DNA from: Candidatus Hydrogenedentota bacterium
GTDB taxonomy: Bacteria; Hydrogenedentota; Hydrogenedentia; Hydrogenedentales; SLHB01
Assembly: GCA_963674865.2 (NCBI GenBank)
Contig: CAXXYE010000009.1
Location: 1,728,001 to 1,792,000 of the forward strand
Length of the DNA stretch: 64,000 nucleotides
Reading direction: 5' to 3'
Part shown: piece after piece, positions 31,098 through 41,968 of the stretch
Numbering within the stretch: the first letter of the stretch is position 1
Layout of the letters: each line of letters opens with the position of its first letter
Program-made: the position numbers and the translations under genes
The notes under the pieces: generated by a model
The model's database searches: none
What the model saw: the letters and a program-made list of their open reading frames with translations, nothing else
What the model was told of the DNA's origin: nothing

Positions 31098-31612
31098 GAT
31101 ACGCATTTGGAGTTCAAGCTTTAGGGCGTGTCGATTTAGCTCAACTTGAAGACGCGCCGACTTGGCAACGCCCCACCAACAAGGAAACGCCTGATCCTCA
31201 CAAGCCACCCTGCAAGGGCGGAAAACACCAGCCCAGCCTATTGCCCGAGACGTGTTTGGAGTTCAAGCTTTAGCTTGAAGAGGCGCTGGCCTCGTACAAC
31301 GCAGTACCACGGAATCACCCAACACTGGCAGCCCGGCCGCCCTGAAAGGGCGTGACAAGACACCCAGATCCCACGCATACCCCCCTTGCACACGAAACGT
31401 GTCCCGCGCACATCCGCCCGGACTGCCGCCCGAGACGTGTTTGGAGTTCAAGCTTTAGCTTCAGGACACACAGCCTTGGTGCGATGCTTCGCAAAGGGGA
31501 TGCCCAACACTGGCAGCCCGGCCGCCCTGAAAGGGCGTGACATACCAGCCCGGCGCAACGCGCCGGGACATCGGTTTCCTCCCCCATCATGAGCCCTGTA
31601 AGGGCGTGACAA
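31098..31612. repeat. Mosaic of two REP-like families
   Basis: TTTGGAGTTCAAGCTTTAG occurs three times. CCCAACACTGGCAGCCCGGCCGCCCTGAAAGGGCGTGACA occurs twice, with further CCCTG(C/T)AAGGGCG variants. Confidence 0.8.
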
Positions 31613-31646
31613 GATACCGGCCATGGCGCCTATCCCCGGCCCGCCC

Positions 31647-33023
31647 CTACTCCAATTCGTATTTCTTGATCTTGTACTGCAACGTCGTGCGTTTGATGCC
31701 GAGATGCTCCGCCGCTTTCGTCTTGTTCCACCGGAACCGCTCCAGGGCCTCACGAATAATCTGACTCTCGAGCTGCTCCGTGCTCTCCGCCAGCGAACCG
31801 GACGTACTCTTAACCGGCTCCGACGGCGTCGCCGTCTGCTCGAACAGCATCTCCTGCGGGACTTCCTCCCGCGTCACGACCTCTCCCTCGGCCAGCACCA
31901 CGGCCCGCTCCAGCACATTCTCCAATTCACGCACGTTCCCCGGCCACGGATAGTGCATGAAAAGGTGCATGACCTCATCGTTGATCGCGGTAACTTTCTT
32001 CCCCGCCTCGGCGCTGAACCTTCCCAGGAAATGATCCACCAGCGCGGGGATATCATCCGGCCGCTCACTCAGCGCCGGCACCCGCAGCGAGAACACGTTG
32101 AGCCGGTAATAGAAATCCTCCCGGAACCGCCCCTGCTCGATGGCTTCCCGCAGATCCCGGTTCGTCGCGGCCACGATGCGCACGTCCACCTTGATCGGCT
32201 CGACGCCTCCGACGCGCTCAAATTCGCCGTCCTGGAGCACCCGCAGCAGCTTCACTTGGATGCCCGGATCGATCTCGCCAACTTCATCGAGGAAGAGCGT
32301 TCCCGTGTGTGCCCGCTCAAAACGCCCCGTCCGCTGCGCCGCCGCGCCGGTAAACGCGCCCTTTTCGTGCCCGAACAGCTCGCTCTCGAGCGTTCCCGGC
32401 GCCAAAGCGGCGCAATTCAGCGCTACAAACGGCTTATCCTTTCGCGGGCTCGCATCGTGGATGGCCCGCGCCACCAACTCCTTGCCCGTGCCCGTCGGCC
32501 CCGTGATCAGCACCGTCCCGCGGCTCGCGCCGATCTTCCCGACCATCTTCAGCAACTGTTTCGTCTGGTCGCTTTTCCCAAGGATGTAGCGCGACCAAGC
32601 CGGCGCCTTTGGCGTGCCCTCCGAGCCGCGGGCACCGTCCTTCTTTCGGACGATCTTATTAACTTTGAGCTCGATTTCCGCCAGTTTGAACGGTTTCGTG
32701 ACGAAATCGTGCGCCCCCAGCCGCATCGCTTCCACGGCCACGTCGATAGTCCCATACGCCGTTACCACGATGACCTGCGTATCGGGCGAATACCCTCGGG
32801 CCTCCTGCAACACCTCAAGGCCATTCTTGCCCGGCATGTTCAGGTCCGTGATGACCACGTCGAACGATTCCTTCTGGATATGCTCGATGGCTTCCAGGCC
32901 ATTCGACGCCGTTGTCACGGCGAATCCACCCTCCTGGAAGGTGTCCGCAAGCATCTCGCGGATATTTGCTTTGTCATCCGCAACAAGTATCCGGTATGAA
33001 TCGCTCTTTTTCGTCACACTCAC
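31647..33023 (-). CDS. NtrC-family sigma54-dependent response regulator (REC-AAA-Fis)
   Basis: ILVADD...DLNMP receiver, [31 protein letters not shown] and C-terminal HTH. Confidence 0.95.
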   Translation of the reverse strand: MSVTKKSDSYRILVADDKANIREMLADTFQEGGFAVTTASNGLEAIEHIQKESFDVVITDLNMPGKNGLEVLQEARGYSPDTQVIVVTAYGTIDVAVEAMRLGAHDFVTKPFKLAEIELKVNKIVRKKDGARGSEGTPKAPAWSRYILGKSDQTKQLLKMVGKIGASRGTVLITGPTGTGKELVARAIHDASPRKDKPFVALNCAALAPGTLESELFGHEKGAFTGAAAQRTGRFERAHTGTLFLDEVGEIDPGIQVKLLRVLQDGEFERVGGVEPIKVDVRIVAATNRDLREAIEQGRFREDFYYRLNVFSLRVPALSERPDDIPALVDHFLGRFSAEAGKKVTAINDEVMHLFMHYPWPGNVRELENVLERAVVLAEGEVVTREEVPQEMLFEQTATPSEPVKSTSGSLAESTEQLESQIIREALERFRWNKTKAAEHLGIKRTTLQYKIKKYELE

Positions 33024-33097
33024 CTGCCGTCTTGTTCGGCCGGACGTAGGCCGAAAACGCTTATCCTCTGCCCATGCAAGCCGGAACGCCCTCGCGT

Positions 33098-33442
33098 TCA
33101 CTCCCCGAAAAGCTTGTCAAAGTCCTCACGTCCCCCCTTCTTCGCCGGGCCTGTCCCGCCGCCGAAAAGCCCCTCAAACGCATCCCGCGCATCGCCACGT
33201 CCATCGTCCTGCCCGGGGGCCTCCGTGTCCACGAACTCGAACTCATCGCAAAAATTCGCCCCTGCCCGATCGCCCACCCAATCGGTTGTCGGAATATGGC
33301 ATTTGTTGTGCGCACGTTCATCATAGTGACGGCAATTCAGGCAGCAGTGCAGGTAGGCCGTGCATCCCTCGCAAAACTCCTTGACGCCCGGCACCCGCTT
33401 TCCGCCGGCCCATTCTTGTCCGCACTTGTGACAACGCTTCAT
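33098..33442 (-). CDS. Small Cys-rich hypothetical (probable Zn-binding) protein
   Basis: MKRCHKCG...CEGCTAYLHCCLNCRHYD...C...ANFCDEF, ending FDKLFG; its stop lies about 75 bp upstream of the regulator start on the same strand. Confidence 0.75.
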   Translation of the reverse strand: MKRCHKCGQEWAGGKRVPGVKEFCEGCTAYLHCCLNCRHYDERAHNKCHIPTTDWVGDRAGANFCDEFEFVDTEAPGQDDGRGDARDAFEGLFGGGTGPAKKGGREDFDKLFGE

Positions 33443-33648
33443 CGCCCCAAAACCTTCCTGTTCCCGACGCAACTCCGGATGTACTTCCCCGGCGCAACTA
33501 GACTATGCGCCCGGATACAGCCGTTTCAACCCCCGCTGTCCTCGCGCTCCACCCTCCAGTACCGTGAGGGTCACGCTCCCGCGTGACGCAGTCCGAGACG
33601 CATTTGAGGTCGGGCTTCAGCCTGAAGAGGCGCGGCCTTGGCACGGCA

Positions 33649-34346
33649 CGCCCCGAAGGGGCGGTCGCATATAGCCGTGGGTGAGCTGAGCGAACCAAGG
33701 GAACCCGTGCCCTGTCCATCAAGAGCCCCAAACGGGGCGCTCGCATATAGCCGTAGGTGAGCGAGGCCATCCCTCACACACGAGATCTCAACGATCCCTC
33801 GCCCCGAAAGGGCGTCCGCATATAGCCGCGGGTGAGCGAAGCGAACCAAGGGAACCCGTGCCCTGTCCATCAAGAGCCCCAAACGGGGCGCTCGCATATA
33901 GCCGTAGGTGAGCGAGGCCATCCCTCACACACGAGATCTCAACGATCCCTCGCCCCGAAGGGGCGGTCGCATATAGCCGTGGGTGAGCTGAGCGAACCAA
34001 GGGAACCCGTGCCCTGTCCATCAAGAGCCCCAAACGGGGCGCTCGCATATAGCCGTAGGTGAGCGAGGCCATCCCTCACACACGAGATCTCAACGATCCC
34101 TCGCCCCGAAAGGGCGTCCGCATATAGCCGCGGGTGAGCGAAGCGAACCAAGGGAACCCGTGCCCTGTCCATCAAGAGCCCCAAACGGGGCGCTCGCATA
34201 TAGCCGTAGGTGAGCGAGGCCATCCCTCGCACACGAGATCTCAACGATCCCTCGCCCCGAAGGGGCGTCCGCATGTAGCCGTGGGTGAGCGAAGCGAACC
34301 CACGGACACAGGACCCCAACAATCCGTAGCCCCGAAGGGGTGATAG
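33649..34346. repeat. Tandem REP array (BIME-like), 151-bp unit, about 4.5 copies, with alternating A/B variants
   Basis: CGAGATCTCAACGATCCCTCGCCCCGAA occurs at 33781, 33932, 34083 and 34234. The last unit matches the REP at about 11560-11612. Confidence 0.92.
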
Positions 34347-34470
34347 CACATATCTCAGTGTGAGCGCTGCCCCCTGGACACGGCGCCTCCCCCGCACCAT
34401 CGCACACGGGCCATCCACCACGCCCCGTCGGGGCAAGACACACCATCCCCGCGCAACGCTCCGCGATACC

Positions 34471-36213
34471 TTATCCCCCCGCGGATTCCCCGTATTGCGG
34501 CCCCGGAGAAGGCGCCGCCGCCCGACGCGTGCTGGACGCGCCTGCGGGATGCCGTACACCCGCGCACGTCGGTATGCCATCGCGGCGCATCTGCTCGCCC
34601 ACATGCAGGACGAAATTCGCCGCGCGGCCCACGACGCCCTCGCGCCGTGGTATCCGCTGCAAAGGCCGCCGAAGATGGGGCCGCGCGCGGCAATACGCCC
34701 GGATCGCCTCGATGGCATAACCTGTCCGGGCGACGCATGCCTCAAACTCCTCGCGGCATCGGACTTTGGCTTCCTCCAAAACCATCTGCACGCGGCTGTA
34801 CGCGTTTGTCTCCCCCTCGACGGCCGTCTCCACGGGGAGGTAGATGATGTCCGGATAGTCGGCCGCGACGGCGGCTTGCGCCCCGTCGGATTGCGTCGAG
34901 GGCAGGCATCCGAACGGCTTGAGGCCGAGGACCATGTGGGCCAGGCGACGCTGCGTGTAGTAGATGGTTTCCCCGATTTCCATGTACGCGTCGCCGCCTT
35001 GGGCGCGGCTATCGTAATACGGTGCGCTCAGGCGGCGCAGCTCCGCTTGGGAGGGACGCGCCAACTCGACGCCCCCAAGGGCACTGTGGAGTCGCTTCTG
35101 CTCACGCCGGAAGAGTGCCCGGGCGAACCGGATGCGCATGTACGACTTCCAATGCGCGAAGGCCGCGGGGATGCTGTATCGATCGCCGTTGCATCTTGCG
35201 AGCCGGCGTTCCAGAATCAGGCGCGACAGCCCCTGCTCGAGCAGAAAATGCGCCCACGTCATCGTCGGCTCGACAAGCGCCTCCGCCCCCTCCGATTCCA
35301 GGAAGGCGAACATGTTGAAATTACCGTCGCCGTCGGTGCGCTGCGCCCAGAACTCGCCCGCGATCTTGCAGACGGGCTTCGGCTGCGTGTAATCGACCTC
35401 GACCTCCTCATTAATGAGCCGCGCGCTGTCCCGCAGGACGTCCACGTACCGCTCCTTCAAGACCTGCCCGAGGAGCAGGCGCAACTCGTCGATCCGCGCC
35501 CCCGGTAGGACGGCGTCAAGGAGGCTTCCTGCGCGGCTGCACCGAAGACGGGGGAGAAGCTCCGTGCGCATGGCGTCCGCCACGCGTTCCTGAACCTCGG
35601 CGAAAACGTGATCCGTCGCCCCTGGCCGCGTTTCATACGGCCGGACGTGGTACAGCGCATCGTTGAGCAAGTCCCCTAGCAGGGCGGCATTCGCGAAGGC
35701 AAGGACGAAGCGCAAATTGATTTCTAAGCCGGCGTCATGACAGCCGTCGAGGTCCGCCGTCTGTTGGAAGATGAGTACGCGAAAGCCGTCAAACCCGGCA
35801 TTCCGCAGCGCGAGACGATACTCCGATTCATACATCCCGAAGCGGCACGGCCCGCACGAACCGGCCGTGACGAAGGCGTAATCATTTACGATCTCTTCAG
35901 TCGGAATCCCTTCCCGATCGCGGAGATCTATCAGGAAGTTGAGCAGCGCGCCAATGGTGAAATAGGCGGGATTGCACATGCCGTAGTTGCAGAATTCCCG
36001 CCCTCGGTGGCAGTCCGCCTTCGTCGGCGTCGGCAATCCCTTGGTGCGGTAGCCGAGGGGGGCCATAGCCGCTTCGATGAGGGCCTGGTACACACGCGGT
36101 AATCCGCCGAACAGCAGCGTCACACGTTCCCGCTCGCGGCGGGTGAAGGGCCGCTCGTACGGACGCCGGGCATGGCCTTCAGGCGAACACCGTGGCGCAT
36201 CCCTCAGAGACAC
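34471..36213 (-). CDS. 2-hydroxyacyl-CoA dehydratase/activator-associated (DUF2229-like) protein
   Basis: CNPAYFTIG, TAGSCGPCRFGMYE, GEFWAQ and LKPFGCLPSTQSDG; start uncertain. Confidence 0.75.
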   Translation of the reverse strand: MSLRDAPRCSPEGHARRPYERPFTRRERERVTLLFGGLPRVYQALIEAAMAPLGYRTKGLPTPTKADCHRGREFCNYGMCNPAYFTIGALLNFLIDLRDREGIPTEEIVNDYAFVTAGSCGPCRFGMYESEYRLALRNAGFDGFRVLIFQQTADLDGCHDAGLEINLRFVLAFANAALLGDLLNDALYHVRPYETRPGATDHVFAEVQERVADAMRTELLPRLRCSRAGSLLDAVLPGARIDELRLLLGQVLKERYVDVLRDSARLINEEVEVDYTQPKPVCKIAGEFWAQRTDGDGNFNMFAFLESEGAEALVEPTMTWAHFLLEQGLSRLILERRLARCNGDRYSIPAAFAHWKSYMRIRFARALFRREQKRLHSALGGVELARPSQAELRRLSAPYYDSRAQGGDAYMEIGETIYYTQRRLAHMVLGLKPFGCLPSTQSDGAQAAVAADYPDIIYLPVETAVEGETNAYSRVQMVLEEAKVRCREEFEACVARTGYAIEAIRAYCRARPHLRRPLQRIPRREGVVGRAANFVLHVGEQMRRDGIPTCAGVRHPAGASSTRRAAAPSPGPQYGESAGG

Positions 36214-36698
36214 CCGCTTTCCCTCCGCTTTGGACGCCCGCCGCCAAGACGCCGACGCGCGGCACGCCTGTCGCGAACTCGGTATGGTGGTGAATGATGA
36301 CAACTACGCTCGGCCCCGTCCGTGCATTCCACTCGGGCCGAAAGATGGGCCGCAGCCCCTAAACACGCAATAAGCTACCATAGAGGCAGCCATGTTGACA
36401 AAGCGCGGCTTTGGTGATCTCGAACCCCCGGCACAGTCTGCGAAACGTTGGAGTGGTGCTGAGGCAATGGCGAGATTCCCAGGATCCAGACCCCACAAGG
36501 GCCCCTTCTCGCTCTGGGGTGCGCGTCTTCCGAGTCGTGGCCCGTCAGGAGCGAGAAATACCTGCGTGAGCGTTCTTGTTGCATTTGTAAGGTGGGAACT
36601 TATAGCTTATCTGCACCAAGCGTTACCGAGTCAGAAGGAGATTGTGCCTTGCTTCCACAAGATGCCGTTTCTTTGGCGGCGAGGCCGGGGCATCAGCG

Positions 36699-37745
36699 AT
36701 GAAGAAGCTCATCCCGGGCGTGATTCTTGTTGTCTGCATTGGAGCCGTCGTGGCCGCTGCCTGGCGGTTTCGCCAGGCGGGCGACGCGGCCCAGGATCAT
36801 CTCACGTTGCACGGCAACGTGGAGATCCGGGAAGTCCAACTCGCCTTCAGGGCGGCCGATCGGATCGCGGCCATGAACGTGGAAGAAGGGGACAGCGTCC
36901 AGCAAGGACAACTGCTCGCTAAGCTGGAGACGGATCGGCTGGAGCATGCGGTGGCGCAGGCCGAGGCGCAAGTAGCCGCACAGAAGGCCGTGGTTTCGCG
37001 GCTCGAGAGCGGGACGCGCGCCGAGGAAATAGAGCAGGCCCGGGCGGAAGTCGCCGCGGCCGAAGCCGAAGCCGTTAACCAGCGGCGCATCTATATCCGT
37101 CTGCGCGATCTCAAGAAGGAGAATTCGACGTCCCAACTGGCCGCCGATAATGCCGAGGCGGCGGCGAATGTGGCGCAATCCAAACTCGAGGCGGCCCGAC
37201 AGGCACTGCGGCTGGCCGTGGCCGGCCCGCGGAAAGAGGATATCACGGCCGCAAAGGCGACCTTGAGCGCCTATGAAGCCCAACTCGCGCTTGCGCGGCA
37301 GAACCTCGCCGACGCCGTCCTAAAGGCGCCGTCCTCCGGCGTCATTCGGAACCGGATTCTCGAGTCCGGCGACATGGCTTCGCCGGGCACGCCCGTCTAT
37401 ACGTTGGCCTTGACGGACCCCGTCTGGGCGCGGGCCTACATCGATGAGCCGGACCTGGGAAAGGTACGCCCGGGAATGACGGCGCAAGTCACGACGGACA
37501 GCTATCCCGGCAAGGAGTACGCTGGCTGGGTTGGCCACATCTCGCCCACCGCCGAGTTCACCCCCAAGTCCGTCGAGACGAGCGCACTGCGCACGCAGCT
37601 CGTCTACCAGGTGCGAGTCTACGTCAAGAATGACACGGGGGAACTTCGCTTGGGAATGCCCGCCACGGTAACCATTCCGCTCGACCAACCCGCTCCTCAA
37701 AGAGAAGCCGGATCGGAGGGGGTATCCGGACAAGAGCCTTCCTGA
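36699..37745 (+). CDS. HlyD-family membrane fusion protein (YbhG-like)
   Basis: N-terminal TM, LHGNVEIREVQLAFR, coiled coil and ISPTAEFTPKSVET. Confidence 0.9.
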   Translation: MKKLIPGVILVVCIGAVVAAAWRFRQAGDAAQDHLTLHGNVEIREVQLAFRAADRIAAMNVEEGDSVQQGQLLAKLETDRLEHAVAQAEAQVAAQKAVVSRLESGTRAEEIEQARAEVAAAEAEAVNQRRIYIRLRDLKKENSTSQLAADNAEAAANVAQSKLEAARQALRLAVAGPRKEDITAAKATLSAYEAQLALARQNLADAVLKAPSSGVIRNRILESGDMASPGTPVYTLALTDPVWARAYIDEPDLGKVRPGMTAQVTTDSYPGKEYAGWVGHISPTAEFTPKSVETSALRTQLVYQVRVYVKNDTGELRLGMPATVTIPLDQPAPQREAGSEGVSGQEPS

Positions 37746-39549
37746 TGACGCCCTCATCGGAAGACGCATCGGGCGCGGCGCTCCCCGCCGCCGCAAGCGA
37801 TGGGGCGGCCCTTCTCTTCAAGAAGGTGAGCAAGACCTTCGGCAAGGGAGAACGGAAGGCGGCCGCGCTTCGCGAAGTCTCTTTCCAAGCACGTCCGAAA
37901 TGCATCACGGGCCTTGTCGGGCCCGATGGCGCCGGAAAGACCACCCTCATGCGGTTGGCGGCCGGGCTGCTCTCGCCCGACTCGGGCCGCATTGAAGCCC
38001 TCGGCATCGACGTGGTGAGCGAGCCGCTCGCCGTGCAGGCAACCATCGGATACATGCCGCAGCGCTTCGGACTCTATGAAGACCTGACAGTCAAGGAAAA
38101 CCTGGACCTCTACGCCGATCTACAGGGCGTCGTTAAGGCGGCTCGGCCTTCTCGATACGAAGAATTGATGCACATGACGGGCCTCGCCCCATTCATGGCG
38201 CGCCTGGCGGGGCGTCTTTCCGGCGGCATGAAGCAGAAACTCGGCCTGGCCTGCACGCTCGTGCGGCCCCCTCGACTACTTCTCCTAGACGAACCCACCG
38301 TGGGTGTCGACCCGGTGTCGCGCCGCGAACTGTGGGCGATTGTGGTGCATCTCGTTGACGAAGAAGGCATGAGCGTATTGCTCAGCACCGCCTACCTCGA
38401 CGAGGTGGAGCGTTGTGAGAATGTCGTCTTGTTGCACGAGGGCGAGGTGCTCGGGCAGGCGCCGCCCGGCGACTTCACCAAGCCCCTCCAGGGCCGTACC
38501 TACGCCGTCACCGCGCCGGATATGAAGAAGCGCGCCGTGCAGGAACGCCTCGCTCGGGCGGAGGGCGTGCTCGACGCTGTGATCCACGGAGACACCGTCC
38601 GCCTGGTAATGAAAGACGCGGAGGCGCCGGTGCTGCGCGACCTGCTGCCCGATGTCGATGGCGCCAAGGCCGTCGCCGTCGAACCACGATTCGAAGACGG
38701 CTACATCACCTCGCTGCAAAAGAGCATCGAGCCGAAAGAACACCCCGCCTCCACACCTTCGGCCTCTCCAAGAAACCTGAGCGGAGATGAGGACAAGGTT
38801 ATCGAAGTTCGGGACGTGCAGCGCAGATTCGGCGACTTCTACGCCGTCAAGGGCATTTCCTTCGAGGTGCGAACGGGCGAAGTCTTCGGTTTGCTCGGCG
38901 CCAACGGGGCCGGAAAATCAACCACCTTTCGCATGCTTTGCGGCCTCCTTCCCGCAGCGCCGGATCGCTACGAGTCGCCGGCATGGACCTCCGACGGGCG
39001 GCCGCCGCGACACGGGCGCGGATTGGCTACATGTCGCAAAAGTTTTCCCTCTACGGAAACCTGAGTGTGTATCAGAACCTGCTCTTCTTCAGCAGTGCCT
39101 ACGGACTTAAGCGCGGCCGCCGCGCCGAACGACTCGAGTGGGCGGAGGAACAATTCCAACTGGCCGGCTTCGCGGACGCAACCAGTAGTGAGCTGCCCTT
39201 GGGCTACAAGCAGCGGCTGGCCCTTGCGTGCGCCCTCATGCACGAACCAGAGATTCTGTTCCTCGATGAACCGACTTCCGGTGTCGACCCGGTTGCGCGC
39301 CGGGAATTCTGGAGCCATATCAACGCCTTCGCCCAGAGCGGCGTCACCGTCTTGGTGACGACCCATTTCATGGAAGAGGCCGAATACTGCGACCGCCTGG
39401 CCATCATGGCCGCGGGCGAAGTCCTCGCGTTGGGCTCGCCCGCGGAGATTAAGGCCGACGCGAAATCGGGCGAATGCCCTGCACCCACCATGGAGGAGGC
39501 GTTCATCGGCCTCATCGAACGCCATGATGCAGGGAGCGGGCAGCCATGA
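37745..39549 (+). pseudogene. Dual-ATPase ABC subunit (YbhF-like), frameshifted near 38955
   Basis: Walker A motifs GPDGAGKT and GANGAGKS. The second domain continues (SAGSLRVAG...IGYMSQKFSLY) in another frame. Confidence 0.8.
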
Positions 39550-40688
39550 ACGCGCGGCGCGAGAGGCGCGGCGGCGGGGCGATGCGACTGCGGGGACTCG
39601 TGCGCAAGGAGTTCCAGCAGGTGTTGCGCGATCCGAGCAGCATCGCCATTGCATTCTTGATGCCCGTCATCCTCTTACTGCTTTTCGGATATGGCGTGTC
39701 CCTCGACGCCAAACACGTCCCGATTGCCATCGTCATGGAACTGCCCGATGCCACGACCGCGAGCTTCGCCGGCGTCTTCCGAGAATCCAAGTATTTCGAG
39801 CCCGTGACGCTGTTCGATATGCGAGAAGCCGAGGCCGCGCTGATGGAGCGCCGTGTAGACGCCATCATCCGCTTGCGCTCCGATTTCACCGAGCGCCTGC
39901 AATCGAGCGGCGATGCGCCGGTGCAACTCCTTCTCAACGGCGTGGACGCCAACACGGCCCGCATCATTTCCGGCTACGTGGAGGGAGCCGTGGCCACGTG
40001 GCTCCAGCACTTGGCCATCGAACGGCATTCGCCCATCAGTATCCCCGTGCAGATGGAGCAGCGCGTGTGGTTCAACGCGGAAGTGCGCAGCCGCAATTAC
40101 CTCGTTCCCGGATTGATCGCCGTGATCATGACCTTGATAGGCGCGCTCTTGACGGCCATGGTTGTCGCCCGGGAATGGGAGCGCGGAACGATGGAGGCGT
40201 TGATGGTGACGCCCGTGGCCATGCGGGAGATCATCCTCGGCAAGGTGATTCCGTACTTCATTCTGGGCATGGGCGGTATGGCGCTTTCCGTAACCATGGC
40301 CGTCTGGGTGTTCGGCGTTCCGCTTCGCGGTTCGCTCCTCGTCCTATTCGCCGCCGCTTCCCTGTTTCTGGTGGTGGCCCTCGGCATGGGCCTGCTCATT
40401 TCGATCCTGGCAAAGAACCAGTTCGTGGCGGGCCAGGCCGCCATCATCGTCACCTTCCTTCCCGCCTTTCTTCTCTCCGGATTCATCTTCGATATCGACA
40501 GCATGCCGAAAGCGGTGCAGTTCATCACCCACGTGATTGCGGCGCGCTACTTCGTGGCCATCCTGCAAACAATCTTTCTCGCGGGCGACGTCTGGAGCGT
40601 AATCCTGCCGAACGCCTTCGCCTTGGTTGTGATGGCCGTCATCCTTCTTGGATTGAGCCGGCGCATGGCGCGAAAGAAACTGGAGTGA
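39546..40688 (+). CDS. ABC-2 permease (YbhS-like)
   Basis: KEFQQVLRD, LLFGYG, REWERGTMEAL and LLSGF. Confidence 0.9.
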   Translation: MNARRERRGGGAMRLRGLVRKEFQQVLRDPSSIAIAFLMPVILLLLFGYGVSLDAKHVPIAIVMELPDATTASFAGVFRESKYFEPVTLFDMREAEAALMERRVDAIIRLRSDFTERLQSSGDAPVQLLLNGVDANTARIISGYVEGAVATWLQHLAIERHSPISIPVQMEQRVWFNAEVRSRNYLVPGLIAVIMTLIGALLTAMVVAREWERGTMEALMVTPVAMREIILGKVIPYFILGMGGMALSVTMAVWVFGVPLRGSLLVLFAAASLFLVVALGMGLLISILAKNQFVAGQAAIIVTFLPAFLLSGFIFDIDSMPKAVQFITHVIAARYFVAILQTIFLAGDVWSVILPNAFALVVMAVILLGLSRRMARKKLE

Positions 40689-40694
40689 CGCCGG

Positions 40695-41804
40695 ATGTTG
40701 AGGCGAATCGCAGCCTTGGTTAAGAAAGAGTTCTTGAGCCTCTTCAAGGACAAGAAGAGCCGCGTTGTGGTGGTGGTTCCGCCCATCGTCCAGTTGCTCG
40801 TGTTCGGCTATGCGGCCACGTACGACCTGACGGACGTTCCCTTTGTTGTCTACAACGAAGACACGGGTGGGGCGTCCCGCGAACTGATCGCCGGATTCAA
40901 CGGCTCCCCTCACTTCCGCGAAGTGGCCCGCATCGACCATGAGGGGCAGATCGCCTCCCTCGTCGACTCCAAGGACGCGCTTCTCGTGCTGCATATCGCA
41001 CCGCGATTCAGCGCCGATCTGCTGCGTGGCCGGACAGGCGCACTCCAGGTTATCGTCGATGGGCGGAACTCCAACACGGCACTCATCGCCATGAATTACG
41101 TGCGCACCATCGTGAGCCGGTTCAACCGGACCTGGGCGGAACGCCATGGCTGGGCGCCTCCTCCCGCCGGCGTTGAAGTGCGCGCATGGTTCAATCCGAA
41201 CCTCGAAAGCCGCTGGTTCGTCGTGCCCGGCATTGTCGGCCTGCTCACGCTCGTCGTTACCATGCTCGTGACGGCGCTGTCCATTGCCCGCGAACGCGAA
41301 CAAGGCACCTTCGACCAACTCCTAGTCGCCCCCTACCGCCCCTTCGAGATCCTGGTGGGCAAGGCGCTCCCCGGACTCATCATCGGAATGGGGGAGGCCT
41401 CGCTGATCATCTTCATGGCCGTATTCTGGTTTCGCATTCCCCTGCTCGGCAGCCTGCTCACGCTCTACGCCGGACTCGCCTTGTTTCTACTGTCGGCCAT
41501 CGGCGTAGGACTCATGATCTCGTCCCTCGCCGTCACCCAACAACAAGGCTTACTGGGCGCGTTTCTCTTCCTGGTGCCCTCCGTGATCCTCTCAGGCTTC
41601 ACGACGCCCATCGCCAACATGCCCGAGCCCGTCCAATGGCTCACGCTCGTGAATCCGCTCCGCTACTTCATGGTGATTCTACGCGGCGTCTTCCTTCAGG
41701 GCGCACCATTCCGCCTCATGCTCAATCAGTTCTGGCCCATGGCCCTCATCGGCGTCGTCAACCTCACCGCCGCCAACTGGCTCTCGCGCCATCGGATGTA
41801 CTGA
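40695..41804 (+). CDS. ABC-2 permease (YbhR-like)
   Basis: WFNPNLES, AREREQGTFDQL and LSGFTTPIANMP. Confidence 0.9.
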   Translation: MLRRIAALVKKEFLSLFKDKKSRVVVVVPPIVQLLVFGYAATYDLTDVPFVVYNEDTGGASRELIAGFNGSPHFREVARIDHEGQIASLVDSKDALLVLHIAPRFSADLLRGRTGALQVIVDGRNSNTALIAMNYVRTIVSRFNRTWAERHGWAPPPAGVEVRAWFNPNLESRWFVVPGIVGLLTLVVTMLVTALSIAREREQGTFDQLLVAPYRPFEILVGKALPGLIIGMGEASLIIFMAVFWFRIPLLGSLLTLYAGLALFLLSAIGVGLMISSLAVTQQQGLLGAFLFLVPSVILSGFTTPIANMPEPVQWLTLVNPLRYFMVILRGVFLQGAPFRLMLNQFWPMALIGVVNLTAANWLSRHRMY

Positions 41805-41968
41805 CGAGCGCCCCGCACACAGTGCTTTGAAACGACCGCGTCCCTTGACGCCCATTTAAGAAACCGGTGAAGTCCTCGTCTTCGCTGGCCCGCCCTTTTC
41901 TCACAGCCGCAAGTGAAAAAAGCGGGCCGAAGACAACTTTGCGTGAGACATTCGGAGTAGATTGCTCG

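Noticed and set aside
30904..31650. tRNA-Leu as an island integration site
   Set aside because: No integrase follows it and no duplicated tRNA 3' end was noticed.
33649..34346. CRISPR array
   Set aside because: The 151-bp units have identical intervening sequence and no unique spacers, match the RAYT REPs, and no cas genes are present.
33498..34745. Repeated MASLTYGYMRAP... ORFs as peptide precursors
   Set aside because: They are translations of the non-triplet 151-bp REP unit, so the frame shifts with each copy.
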